32,000 nt of DNA from Delftia acidovorans NBRC 14950. Its GTDB lineage: Bacteria; Pseudomonadota; Gammaproteobacteria; Burkholderiales; Burkholderiaceae_C. The position numbers and the translations under genes are program-made. This document shows, in pieces, positions 9,073 through 22,105 of this stretch (the first letter of the stretch is position 1; each line of letters starts with the position of its first letter). The DNA lies in NCBI RefSeq assembly GCF_001598795.1, contig NZ_BCZP01000003.1, positions 120,001 through 152,000 of the forward strand, given 5' to 3'. Under the pieces are notes generated by a model. That model saw only the letters and a list, made by a program, of their open reading frames with translations, was not told the origin of the DNA and made no database searches.

Positions 9073-10284
9073 ATGCAGCAACGCCCCAAGACATCGCTGA
9101 TGACACCGCTGGCCCTGGCACTGTGCGCCGCCGCACTGGCAACGCCGGCCCTGGCGCAGCAGGACAAGGTTCGGATCGGCTTCATCACCGACATGTCCAG
9201 TCTCTATGCCGATGTCGAGGGCAAGAACGGCGCCGTGGCAATTCAGATGGCCATTGACGACTACGGCGGCAAGCTGCTGGGCAAGCCCATCGAGCTGCTG
9301 ACGGCCGACCACCAGAACAAGGCCGATATTGCCGCCAGCAAGGCGCGCGAGTGGATCGACACGCAGGGCATCAGCCTGGTGTTTGGCGGCACGAACTCGG
9401 CCACGGCCCTGTCCATGGCCAAGGTGGCGCAGGAGAAAAAGCGGGTCTTCATCGACAACGGCGCCGGCAGCTCGGCGCTGACCAACGAGCAGTGCAGCCC
9501 CTACACCGTGCACTACGCCTTCGACACCGTGGCCCTGGCCAAGGGCACGGGCGCGGCCGTGGTGGAGGCCGGCGGCAAGAGCTGGTACTTCGTGACGGCC
9601 GACTATGCCTTCGGCCATGCGCTGGAGGCCGATACCACCAAGATCATCGAGGCGCGCGGCGGCAAGGTGCTGGGCTCGGTCAAGACGCCGCTGAACGCCA
9701 GCGACTTCTCCAGCTTCATGCTGCAGGCACAGAACTCCAAGGCCCAGATCCTGGGCCTGGCCAACGCGGGTGGCGACACCATCAACTCCATCAAGGCCGC
9801 GCGCGAGTTCGGCGTGACCAAGGACATGAAACTGGCCGGCCTGCTGGTGTTCTTCACCGACGTGCACAGCCTGGGCCTGAAGAACACCCAGGGCATGCAG
9901 TTCACCACCAGCTGGTACTGGGACATGAACGATGCTTCGCGCAAGTTCGCCGATGCCTTCATGGCCAAGACCCAGCGCCGCCCCAGCGAGATCCAGGCGG
10001 CCGACTACTCGGCCACCATGAACTGGCTCAAGGCCGTGGAGAAGGCCGGCACGCTGGACGCCGACAAGGTCATGGCCACTTGGCGCGGCATGAAGATGGA
10101 TGACTTCTTCGGCAGTGGCTACCTGCGCGAGGACGGCCGCTACGTGCACGACATGTACCTGATGGAAGTGAAATCCCCCGCCGAATCCAAGGGCACCTGG
10201 GACTACTACAAGCTGGTCAAGAAGCTGCCGGCCGAGCAGGTCTGGACGACGAAGGCAGAGAGCAAGTGCCAATATTGGCGCTGA
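9073..10284 (+). CDS. ABC transporter periplasmic substrate-binding protein, Leu/Ile/Val-binding (LivK-like) family; no cognate permease or ATPase genes adjacent
   Basis: ATG at 9073 follows SD AAGGAGA. Signal peptide MQQRPKTSLMTPLALALCAAALATPALA|QQ. KVRIGFITDMSSLYADVEGKNGAVAIQMAIDDYGGKLLGKPIELLTADHQNKADIA is typical of type-I branched-chain amino-acid/amide SBPs. Confidence 0.85.
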   Translation: MQQRPKTSLMTPLALALCAAALATPALAQQDKVRIGFITDMSSLYADVEGKNGAVAIQMAIDDYGGKLLGKPIELLTADHQNKADIAASKAREWIDTQGISLVFGGTNSATALSMAKVAQEKKRVFIDNGAGSSALTNEQCSPYTVHYAFDTVALAKGTGAAVVEAGGKSWYFVTADYAFGHALEADTTKIIEARGGKVLGSVKTPLNASDFSSFMLQAQNSKAQILGLANAGGDTINSIKAAREFGVTKDMKLAGLLVFFTDVHSLGLKNTQGMQFTTSWYWDMNDASRKFADAFMAKTQRRPSEIQAADYSATMNWLKAVEKAGTLDADKVMATWRGMKMDDFFGSGYLREDGRYVHDMYLMEVKSPAESKGTWDYYKLVKKLPAEQVWTTKAESKCQYWR

Positions 10285-10308
10285 ACTGGCGCTGAACTGG
10301 CGCTGAAC
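10276..10308 (+). repeat. Tandem 11-bp repeat (TGGCGCTGAAC x3) spanning the SBP stop codon
   Basis: Three perfect head-to-tail copies are read directly. The first copy contains the TGA stop (10282-10284). Confidence 0.9.
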
Positions 10309-10484
10309 TTGCGGTGAGCCGGGGGGCAGCCCGGCCGCTCCCGCCTCTCGCTTTTCTCCACTGAATCTCCATGCCTTGGTCAATGCCGGGACATCGAACC
10401 GCGCCAGACTGGTAAGTTCGAGCATTGGGCGCGGCGCCGGGCAGGAACTTCTTCCCCTGCGGCCGACCGCGCGGCAGGGGAAGA

Positions 10485-11666
10485 ATGAAGTTCAATCGCA
10501 AGTGGACCATTGGCGCCGTGGTGGGCGCCTGCATCATCGCCGGGGGCGCACTGTGGAAGGCCAGCGCCAAGCCCGCCACCCGGTACGCGACGGCCGCCGT
10601 CACCGTGGGCAACCTGGAGCAGACCGTGCTGGCCGTAGGCCGGCTGCATGCCAAGGAGCTGGTTGCCGTAGGCGCCCAGGTCTCCGGACAGGTCAAGCGC
10701 CTGCATGTGGAACTGGGCCAGCAGGTCAAGGCCGGCGACCTGATCGCCGAAGTCGATGCCCAGCCGCAGCGCATCAAGCTGCGCAATGCCGAGGCCTCGG
10801 TCACCGCGCTGCAGGCCCAGCTGGCCGCGCGGCGCGCGGCCCTCGTCCAGGCCCGGCTCACCTTCCAGCGCCAGCAGGAACTGCTGCTGGCCGACGCCAC
10901 CTCGCGCGCCGACCATGAGGCCGCCAAGGCGGCGCTGGACACGGCCCAGGCCGAGGTCGGCGCCCTGCAGGCCCAGATCGAGCAGGCACGCACCCAGGTG
11001 GAGACCGAGCGCATCAACCTGGGCTACACCCGCATCGTGGCGCCCATGGACGGCGTGATCGTGGCCGTGGTCACCAAGCAGGGCCAGACCCTGAACTCCT
11101 TCCAGACCACGCCCACCATCGTCATGCTGGCCAAGCTCGACGTGATGACCGTGCGTGCCGAGATTGCCGAGGCTGACGTGGACAAGATCCAGCTCGGCCA
11201 GACCGCATGGTTCACCACGCTGGGCAGCAACCGCCAAAAACACATGGCGAAGATTGAGCGCATCGAGCCCGCACCGACCTCCATCGTCAATGACGCGGGC
11301 GGCGGCGCCTCGCCCGCTGCGGCCACGCCCGCCGCCAAGGCCATCTACTACAACGCCCAGTTCGACGTGCCCAACCCGGACGGCAAGCTGCGCCCCTCCA
11401 TGACCGCCCAGGTCACCGTGCGCGTGGCCCAGGCCGACAAGGCCGTGCTGGTGCCGGCCGCCGCACTGGGCAGCCGGGCAGAGGACGACAGCTACACCGT
11501 GCGCGTGCGCGACGGCGAAGGCAAGGTCGCCGAGCGCAAGGTGCGCATCGGCCTGCGCACCAATGCCCAGGCCCAGGTGCTGTCGGGCCTGGAGGCAGGC
11601 GAGCAGGTGGTGATCGGCGAGGCGGGCCCGAACAACGCCCCCGCCGCCGACCCCATGGGAATGTGA
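10485..11666 (+). CDS. macA: Macrolide/peptide efflux periplasmic adaptor (membrane fusion protein), MacA-like
   Basis: N-terminal anchor MKFNRKWTIGAVVGACIIAGG, then HlyD/MFP blocks (VTVGNLEQTVLAVGRL...VGAQVSGQVKRLHVELGQQVKAGDLIAEVD...coiled coil...LGYTRIVAPMDGVIV). Immediately upstream of macB. Stop at 11664-11666. Confidence 0.9.
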   Translation: MKFNRKWTIGAVVGACIIAGGALWKASAKPATRYATAAVTVGNLEQTVLAVGRLHAKELVAVGAQVSGQVKRLHVELGQQVKAGDLIAEVDAQPQRIKLRNAEASVTALQAQLAARRAALVQARLTFQRQQELLLADATSRADHEAAKAALDTAQAEVGALQAQIEQARTQVETERINLGYTRIVAPMDGVIVAVVTKQGQTLNSFQTTPTIVMLAKLDVMTVRAEIAEADVDKIQLGQTAWFTTLGSNRQKHMAKIERIEPAPTSIVNDAGGGASPAAATPAAKAIYYNAQFDVPNPDGKLRPSMTAQVTVRVAQADKAVLVPAAALGSRAEDDSYTVRVRDGEGKVAERKVRIGLRTNAQAQVLSGLEAGEQVVIGEAGPNNAPAADPMGM

Positions 11667-13615
11667 GCATGGACCAGCCATTGCTGCAGATGCGGGGACT
11701 GCGCAGGGAGTTCCCCGCGGGTGACACCACGGTCGCCGTGCTCAAGGACATCGACCTGACCATCGAGGCCGGCGAGATGGTGGCCATCGTCGGCGCCTCG
11801 GGCTCGGGCAAGTCCACGCTGATGAACATCCTCGGCTGCCTGGACCATCCGACCTCGGGCAGCTACCGCATCGCCGGCCGCGAGACCGGCGAGCTGGGCC
11901 CCGATGCGCTGGCCGCGCTGCGGCGCGAGCATTTCGGCTTCATCTTCCAGCGCTACCACCTGCTGGCCGACCTCACGGCCCAGGGCAATGTGGAGCTGCC
12001 ATCGGTCTACGCCGGCACGGCGCCCACGGACCGCCATGCGCGCTCGGCCGCCCTGCTCGAACGCCTGGGCCTGGCCGACCGCATGCAGCACCGGCCGGGC
12101 CAGCTGTCGGGCGGGCAGCAGCAGCGCGTGTCCATCGCCCGCGCGCTGATGAACGGCGGCGCCGTCATCCTGGCCGACGAGCCCACCGGCGCGCTGGACA
12201 AGGCCAGCGGCGAGCAGGTCATGCGCATCCTGCAGGAGCTGCATGCCGACGGCCACACCATCATCCTGGTCACGCACGACATGGCCGTGGCGGCCCACGC
12301 CTCGCGCGTGATCGAGATCAGCGACGGCGCCATCATCGCGGACCGGCGCAGCGCCCCGCATGAAAGCAAGCCCCCGCTGGAGGCCACAGCCGCCCCGCGC
12401 TCCGCCTCCTGGCGCATGTTCGGCGACCGCTTCGGCGAAGCGCTGCGCATGGCGCTGCGGGCCATGAACGCTCACCGCCTGCGCACCTTCCTGACCATGC
12501 TGGGCATCATCATCGGCATCTCTGCCGTGGTCTCGGTGGTGGCGCTGGGGCGCGGTGCGCAGCAGCAGGTGATGAACCAGATCAGCGAGCTGGGCACGAA
12601 CACGCTGGACATCTTCCCCGGCAAGGACTTCGGCGACACGCGCGCCGCCGCCATCGAGACCCTGGTCGCCGCCGATGCCCAGGCCCTGGCCGAGCAGCCC
12701 TACGTGGACAGCGCCACGCCCAACGTATCGGTCAGCGTCACGGCGCTGTACCGCGAGAACGCGGCCATGGCCCAGGTGACGGGCGTGGGCTTCGAGCACT
12801 TCCGCGTGAAGGGCCTGCGCCTGGCGTCAGGGCGGTTCTTCGACCAGCGCGACGTGGACCTGCACGCCCAGGTCGCGGTCATCGACCAGAAGGCCGCCAC
12901 CGCGCTCTTCCCCGGCAACCCCAGCCCGCTGGGCGAGGTGGTGATGCTGGGCGAGATGCCCGTGGAGATCGTGGGCGTGCTGCGCCCCGCGCAAAACAGC
13001 TTCGGCGGCTCCACGCCCACCTTCTTCGTGCCCTACACGGCAGCCGCCACGCGCCTGGTCGGCAAGTACCACCTGGACAGCATCACGCTGCGCATCAAGG
13101 ACGAGGTGCCGGCCGAGATCGCGCTGAAGGCGGCCACCAGCCTGCTCACGGAACGCCACGGCACCAAGGACTTCTTCGTCTGGAACTCCGACCAGATCCG
13201 CCAGGCCATCACGCGCACCAGCACCACGCTGACGCTGCTGGTCTCGGCCATCGCCATGATCGCGCTGCTGGTGGGCGGCATCGGCGTGATGAACATCATG
13301 CTGGTGTCGGTGACCGAGCGCACGCGCGAGATCGGCGTGCGCATGGCCATCGGCGCGCGCCAGTCGGACATCCTTCAGCAGTTCCTGATCGAGGCCGTGC
13401 TGGTCTGCATCGTGGGCGGCATCCTGGGTGTCTCTCTGGCGCTGGGCCTGGGCCTGGCAGTGAGCCTGTCGGGCTCCAGCTTCCAGCTGTCGTTCTCGGC
13501 CGCCTCCATCGTGCTGGCCGTCGCCTGCTCCTCGCTCATAGGCATCACCTTCGGCTTCCTGCCCGCGCGCAGCGCGGCGCGCCTGGACCCCGTCCAGGCC
13601 CTCTCCAGAGATTGA
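11663..13615 (+). CDS. macB: MacB-type ABC transporter, fused ATPase + FtsX-like permease
   Basis: Walker A GASGSGKST, signature LSGGQQQRVSIARAL and Walker B ILADEPTGALD, followed by four TM helices and a periplasmic domain (FtsX/MacB_PCD). The start is GTG at 11663, overlapping the macA stop, or ATG at 11669. Confidence 0.92.
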   Translation: MSMDQPLLQMRGLRREFPAGDTTVAVLKDIDLTIEAGEMVAIVGASGSGKSTLMNILGCLDHPTSGSYRIAGRETGELGPDALAALRREHFGFIFQRYHLLADLTAQGNVELPSVYAGTAPTDRHARSAALLERLGLADRMQHRPGQLSGGQQQRVSIARALMNGGAVILADEPTGALDKASGEQVMRILQELHADGHTIILVTHDMAVAAHASRVIEISDGAIIADRRSAPHESKPPLEATAAPRSASWRMFGDRFGEALRMALRAMNAHRLRTFLTMLGIIIGISAVVSVVALGRGAQQQVMNQISELGTNTLDIFPGKDFGDTRAAAIETLVAADAQALAEQPYVDSATPNVSVSVTALYRENAAMAQVTGVGFEHFRVKGLRLASGRFFDQRDVDLHAQVAVIDQKAATALFPGNPSPLGEVVMLGEMPVEIVGVLRPAQNSFGGSTPTFFVPYTAAATRLVGKYHLDSITLRIKDEVPAEIALKAATSLLTERHGTKDFFVWNSDQIRQAITRTSTTLTLLVSAIAMIALLVGGIGVMNIMLVSVTERTREIGVRMAIGARQSDILQQFLIEAVLVCIVGGILGVSLALGLGLAVSLSGSSFQLSFSAASIVLAVACSSLIGITFGFLPARSAARLDPVQALSRD

Positions 13616-13616
13616 C

Positions 13617-15008
13617 ATGCATATGCTCAAGACCAGCGCGCTGGCATGCGCCGTGGCCCTTGCGGGCTGCGGCGCCATCACGCGCACCCCCTACGAAGCG
13701 CCACAGGTGGCGCTGCCCGCGCAGTTCGAACATGCGCAGGCATCGCACCCGGCAGCCACGCCCACGCCCACGCCCATGACCGATGCCTGGTGGCGCGGCT
13801 TCGGCGATCCACGGCTCGATGCCTGGATTGACCTGGCGCTGGCGCGCAACCCTGACATGGCCACGGCCGGCATCCGCGTGCGGCGTGCCGCGCTGCAGGC
13901 GCAACTGGCAGGCCATGCGCTGCTGCCCCAGCCCAGCGGCAGCGTAGGCACGGGCGCCAGCCGCCCGCTGTCTGGCAGCCAGCGCAGCACCCTGGAGAAC
14001 GCCAGCGCCACACTGGGCGTGGCCTGGGAGCTGGACCTGTTCGACCGGTTGGGCGCGCAGCGCGATGCCGCTGTCTTCGAAGCACAGGCCAGCGTGCAGG
14101 ACAAGGATGCCGTGGCGCTGTCGCTGACCACCACCACGGCCAGCCTGTACTGGCAACTGGCGCTGGCCAACGAGCGCCTGGACATGTCACGCCAAAGCCT
14201 GGAGTACGTGCGCCGCACCATCGACCTGGTGCAGGCCCAGTACCGCAGCGGCGCAGTGTCCGGCCTGGAGCTTCGCGAGGCCCGGCAGGCCCTGGCCGAG
14301 CAGCAGGCCCTGCTGAGCCAATACACCCAGGCCCGCGCCGAACTGCGCCAGGCATTGGCCGAACTGCTGCAGGGCGCCGAGCCGCCCGGTGGCGAGCCCC
14401 TGGCGCTGCCCGTGGCAGACCTGCCCGCCGTGCAGGCGGGCCTGCCCGCCGATCTGCTGGGACGCCGCCCCGACCTGCGCGCCGCCGAACTGCGGCTGCG
14501 CGGCGCCCTGGCCGGCAGCGATGCCACGGCCGCCAGCTACTACCCGCGGCTATCGCTCACCGGCAGCCTGGGCACCTCCAGCAGCACCCTGCTCGATGTG
14601 CTGGCCAATCCCGTGGCAGCCCTGGGCGCCAACCTGGCCCTGCCGTTTCTCAATGTGCGCGAGATGCGGCTGAACACCGCCATTGCACGCAGCCAGTACG
14701 AAGAGGCGGTGGTCAACTTCCGCAAAACGCTGTACGCCGCGTTGGCCGAAACGGAAAAATCCCTGTCCGCCCGCACCGAACTGGCCCTCCAGGAAGAGGC
14801 CCAGCAGCGCGCCACGCAGGAATCCGTGGAAATCACGCGGCTGTACGAAGCGCGCTACCGCGCCGGCCAGGTGCCGCTGCGCACCTGGCTGGACGCCCAG
14901 GAGCGCCGCCGCGCAGCGCAGCTGGCCCTGTCCGCGCTGCACCTGGCACGCCTGCAGAACCAGCTCACGCTGCACAAGGCCCTAGGCGGAGGGTGGCCGG
15001 CTTCCTGA
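13617..15008 (+). CDS. Outer-membrane efflux lipoprotein, NodT/OprM family (RND/MacAB outer membrane factor)
   Basis: Lipobox MHMLKTSALACAVALAGC. The product has two OEP repeats (WWRGFGDPRLDAWIDLALARNPDM...YYPRLSLTGSLGTSS...). The start is 1 nt after the macB stop, giving a macA-macB-OMF operon. Confidence 0.9.
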   Translation: MHMLKTSALACAVALAGCGAITRTPYEAPQVALPAQFEHAQASHPAATPTPTPMTDAWWRGFGDPRLDAWIDLALARNPDMATAGIRVRRAALQAQLAGHALLPQPSGSVGTGASRPLSGSQRSTLENASATLGVAWELDLFDRLGAQRDAAVFEAQASVQDKDAVALSLTTTTASLYWQLALANERLDMSRQSLEYVRRTIDLVQAQYRSGAVSGLELREARQALAEQQALLSQYTQARAELRQALAELLQGAEPPGGEPLALPVADLPAVQAGLPADLLGRRPDLRAAELRLRGALAGSDATAASYYPRLSLTGSLGTSSSTLLDVLANPVAALGANLALPFLNVREMRLNTAIARSQYEEAVVNFRKTLYAALAETEKSLSARTELALQEEAQQRATQESVEITRLYEARYRAGQVPLRTWLDAQERRRAAQLALSALHLARLQNQLTLHKALGGGWPAS

Positions 15009-15033
15009 AGCCACCACCCAGGGTCCGCCAGAG

Positions 15034-16089
15034 TCAGAACGAATGCGCCATGCCCACGTAGAAGCCGGTCTGGCTGCCGCCCGGCGCCGGGTTGTTGTTG
15101 GTGGTCTCCACCGAGAAGTTCGCATTGCCGCCATTGCGCACATTGCCCACGCTGGCGTACAGCAGCGTGCGCTTGGACAGCGCGTAGTCGGCGCCCGCCA
15201 TGAACAGGTTGGCGCTGCCGCCGCCCTTGTTGACCGTGGTGCGGTAGCCCGCCCCGATCAGCGTCAGCGGGCCTGACACCTTGTAGCGCGCGCCCATCCA
15301 GTACTGCCGCGCCTTGTTGGGCACGCCGGCCGCGCTGTCAGGCGCGGACAGCTGCTCATAGCCCGCGAACAGCTTGAGCGCGGACAGCGTCACCGTGCCG
15401 CCCAGCGTCAGGTTGCGGGAGGTGGTGTAGAGATCGCTGAAGCGGCCATTGGCATCGCGGGCCACATCGTAGATGGCACGCAACTCGAACGTGGGCGCGG
15501 TATAGGACACGGACAGCGCATCCTTGCGCAGCCGCGATGCGCCCTGGGGCTGCTCGCCCAGGCCGGTCAGCGCCAGCACGCGCAGGCCGCCCCAGCTGGG
15601 CGTCTCGTACGAGATCATGTTGTCATGCCCGCCCCAGTTGCGCCCCCGCACCAGCGTAGCCGAGCCTATGAACTGCTGGCCCGTGGGGTCCAGTGCCCAG
15701 TGCGCATCCGAGATCGACAGGTCCTTGCCCAGTTTCAGCGTACCCCAGCCGCTGCGCAGGCCCACGAAGGTGCGGCGGTTGAAGAAACCTGCGCCGTTGA
15801 ACTTGGCATCGTCGATGCTGAAGCCCGACTCCAGCGTGAACAGCGCATGCAGCCCGCCGCCCAGGTCCTCCTCCCCCTTGAAACCCAGCATGCTCGTTCC
15901 CCACTGGTTGCCCACGGCCCGCCACAGATTGCCAGAGCCCCCCGTGGCCGGGTCGTACACATTGCTCTGGTAGTCCACCCCCGCGACCACACGCCCATAG
16001 AGCGTGACCGAACTCTGGGCCTGGGCCGCCAGGGCCGTGCCCAGCGCCAGCGCGGCCAGGCCAGCGCTGCGGATCATGCGTTTATTCAT
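15034..16089 (-). CDS. Gram-negative general porin (Burkholderiales Omp32/OpcP-like, Porin_4 type)
   Basis: ATG at 16089 follows SD AGGAGGAGAGG. Signal peptide MNKRMIRSAGLAALALGTALAAQA|QSSVTLYGRV. Alternating beta-strand pattern and a C-terminal ...GFYVGMAHSF (terminal Phe). The track ORF's extension to 16419 is not supported. Confidence 0.9.
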   Translation of the reverse strand: MNKRMIRSAGLAALALGTALAAQAQSSVTLYGRVVAGVDYQSNVYDPATGGSGNLWRAVGNQWGTSMLGFKGEEDLGGGLHALFTLESGFSIDDAKFNGAGFFNRRTFVGLRSGWGTLKLGKDLSISDAHWALDPTGQQFIGSATLVRGRNWGGHDNMISYETPSWGGLRVLALTGLGEQPQGASRLRKDALSVSYTAPTFELRAIYDVARDANGRFSDLYTTSRNLTLGGTVTLSALKLFAGYEQLSAPDSAAGVPNKARQYWMGARYKVSGPLTLIGAGYRTTVNKGGGSANLFMAGADYALSKRTLLYASVGNVRNGGNANFSVETTNNNPAPGGSQTGFYVGMAHSF

Positions 16090-16184
16090 ATCCCTCTCCT
16101 CCTTGACATTGCCGATTGGCGAAAATCCCCATGGCCGCAGCACGGCTGCCATGGGAGCAGCTTGAAACCGGTCGCCAGCCCTTT

Positions 16185-16214
16185 TTCTTGTGCTTCTTGT
16201 TCTTGTGCTTCTTG
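16185..16214. repeat. Perfect 15-bp tandem direct repeat (TTCTTGTGCTTCTTG x2) about 100 bp upstream of the porin start
   Basis: Read directly: 16185-16199 equals 16200-16214. On the porin (minus) strand the unit is CAAGAAGCACAAGAA x2. Confidence 0.85.
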
Positions 16215-16452
16215 TTATTGCGGGTGCATGCAGCCCCGTGGTTGCGATGCCCTGCAGGCTCCTTTCATGAATTCTCCGCAGGGATGGCACCGGGCCTGAA
16301 CGATTCATGCGCAGACCTATGCATTTGCGGCGCGGGCGCCCGGGGGTTTTCCCCTGGAAGGGGGGTTGAGCGACGTTCGAGGATGGGGCATGACCGCCAC
16401 AAACTCCCAAGTTCCCCATGCTTCACCACACGAGGCTGCAGTGCAAACGGGG

Positions 16453-21502
<5,050 letters not shown>

Positions 21503-21685
21503 GGGGTACTTATAGAGCAATTTCACCGCTATGAAAAAAGCCAGGCTTCCGCGAACCAGGCGGCACTGTCATGCCGCAGGATCGGCGTTCAGCCATTCGC
21601 TCGCCCACCCCCTTTTGAAAACAACAGCTTGCGCGGCCGCGAACCTCAAGGGCAGGCGGCGGTCACTTGGGGTTCGCGCGGAGGC
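21503..21685 (-). promoter_or_regulatory. CRISPR leader between the cas2 stop and the first repeat, with a candidate pre-crRNA promoter
   Basis: The AT-richer stretch abutting repeat 1 reads on the minus strand ...GGCTTTTTTCATAGCGGTGAAATTGCTCTATAAGTACCCC|GTCGCG.... The candidate -35 is TTTTCA (21537-21532), followed by a 17-bp spacer and a -10 TATAAG (21514-21509). The promoter call itself is weak; the leader assignment is firm. Confidence 0.5.
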
Positions 21686-21976
21686 TCAGAAGACGAGGGG
21701 GGCGTCGAGGTCCAGCACGGGCTTTGCGCCGATGTGTTCGACCTTGCTGCGCCAGTGTTGGCCCAGGTAGTAGAACCTGAGGCTGTCCTGGGCGGGGTCG
21801 ATGATTTGCATCAGCCGCGCCTTGAGGGCGACCCATTGCGCGGCGTCCACTTCTATTTCGAAGACGGAGTATTGCGCACGCTGGCCGAAGTCCCGGCAGG
21901 CCTTGGCGATGCGCCGCAGGCGGCGGGCACCATCCAGGTCCTGGGTACGGACGTCATAGCTCACCAGGACCATCAT
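21686..21976 (-). CDS. cas2: CRISPR-associated endoribonuclease Cas2
   Basis: 96 aa: MMVLVSYDVRTQDLDGARRLRRIAKACRDFGQRAQYSVFEIEV...SLRFYYLG, the canonical Cas2 ferredoxin-fold pattern. Last cas gene before the leader. Confidence 0.95.
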   Translation of the reverse strand: MMVLVSYDVRTQDLDGARRLRRIAKACRDFGQRAQYSVFEIEVDAAQWVALKARLMQIIDPAQDSLRFYYLGQHWRSKVEHIGAKPVLDLDAPLVF

Positions 21977-22014
21977 CGGCGCACCTCATTTTTCATCGCC
22001 TGGCCCCCAAGATG

Positions 22015-22050
22015 AAAAAGAGGCTCCCTCGGGGGCGCCCGGCGAGGGAG
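22015..22050 (-). terminator. Terminator-like hairpin plus U-tract inside the cas1-cas2 intergenic gap
   Basis: On the minus strand, CTCCCTCG (22050-22043) pairs with CGAGGGAG (22031-22024) around an 11-nt GC loop, followed by CCTCTTTTT (22023-22015). It lies on the coding strand between the cas1 stop (22106) and the cas2 start (21976). Confidence 0.4.
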
Positions 22051-22105
22051 TGCCCGGCCGGGGGCAGCGGACCTTGCGCAACAAAGGGAGCGTGGGGATC
22101 ATGTT

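Noticed and set aside
9073-15008. The LivK-type SBP followed by macAB-OMF, considered as a possible novel hybrid transport system.
   Set aside because: The SBP gene is separated from macA by 200 bp that includes the structured macA 5' region. MacAB-OMF systems are self-sufficient, and orphan LivK-type SBPs do occur elsewhere. Adjacency alone is not evidence of functional linkage.
16090-16419. A 110-codon N-terminal extension of the porin ORF, and the plus-strand ORF 16116-16496.
   Set aside because: The porin has a canonical signal peptide and a strong SD at the internal ATG at 16089. The extension and the plus-strand ORF have no SD, odd composition and no domain resemblance.
16386-16452. 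A possible 78th, even more degenerate repeat upstream of 16453 (GTTCCCCATGCTTCACC... at 16411).
   Set aside because: Only the first few bases match, and the spacing of 42 bp does not fit the 66-bp period. I treat it as non-repeat trailer.
21531-21770. A 79-aa plus-strand ORF spanning the CRISPR leader and the cas2 3' end; also 21629-22015 on the plus strand.
   Set aside because: It overlaps cas2 antisense, its product is Arg/Ala-rich, and there is no SD. It would also be transcribed against the array promoter. I considered it as a possible leader-encoded small protein or acr, but nothing supports that.
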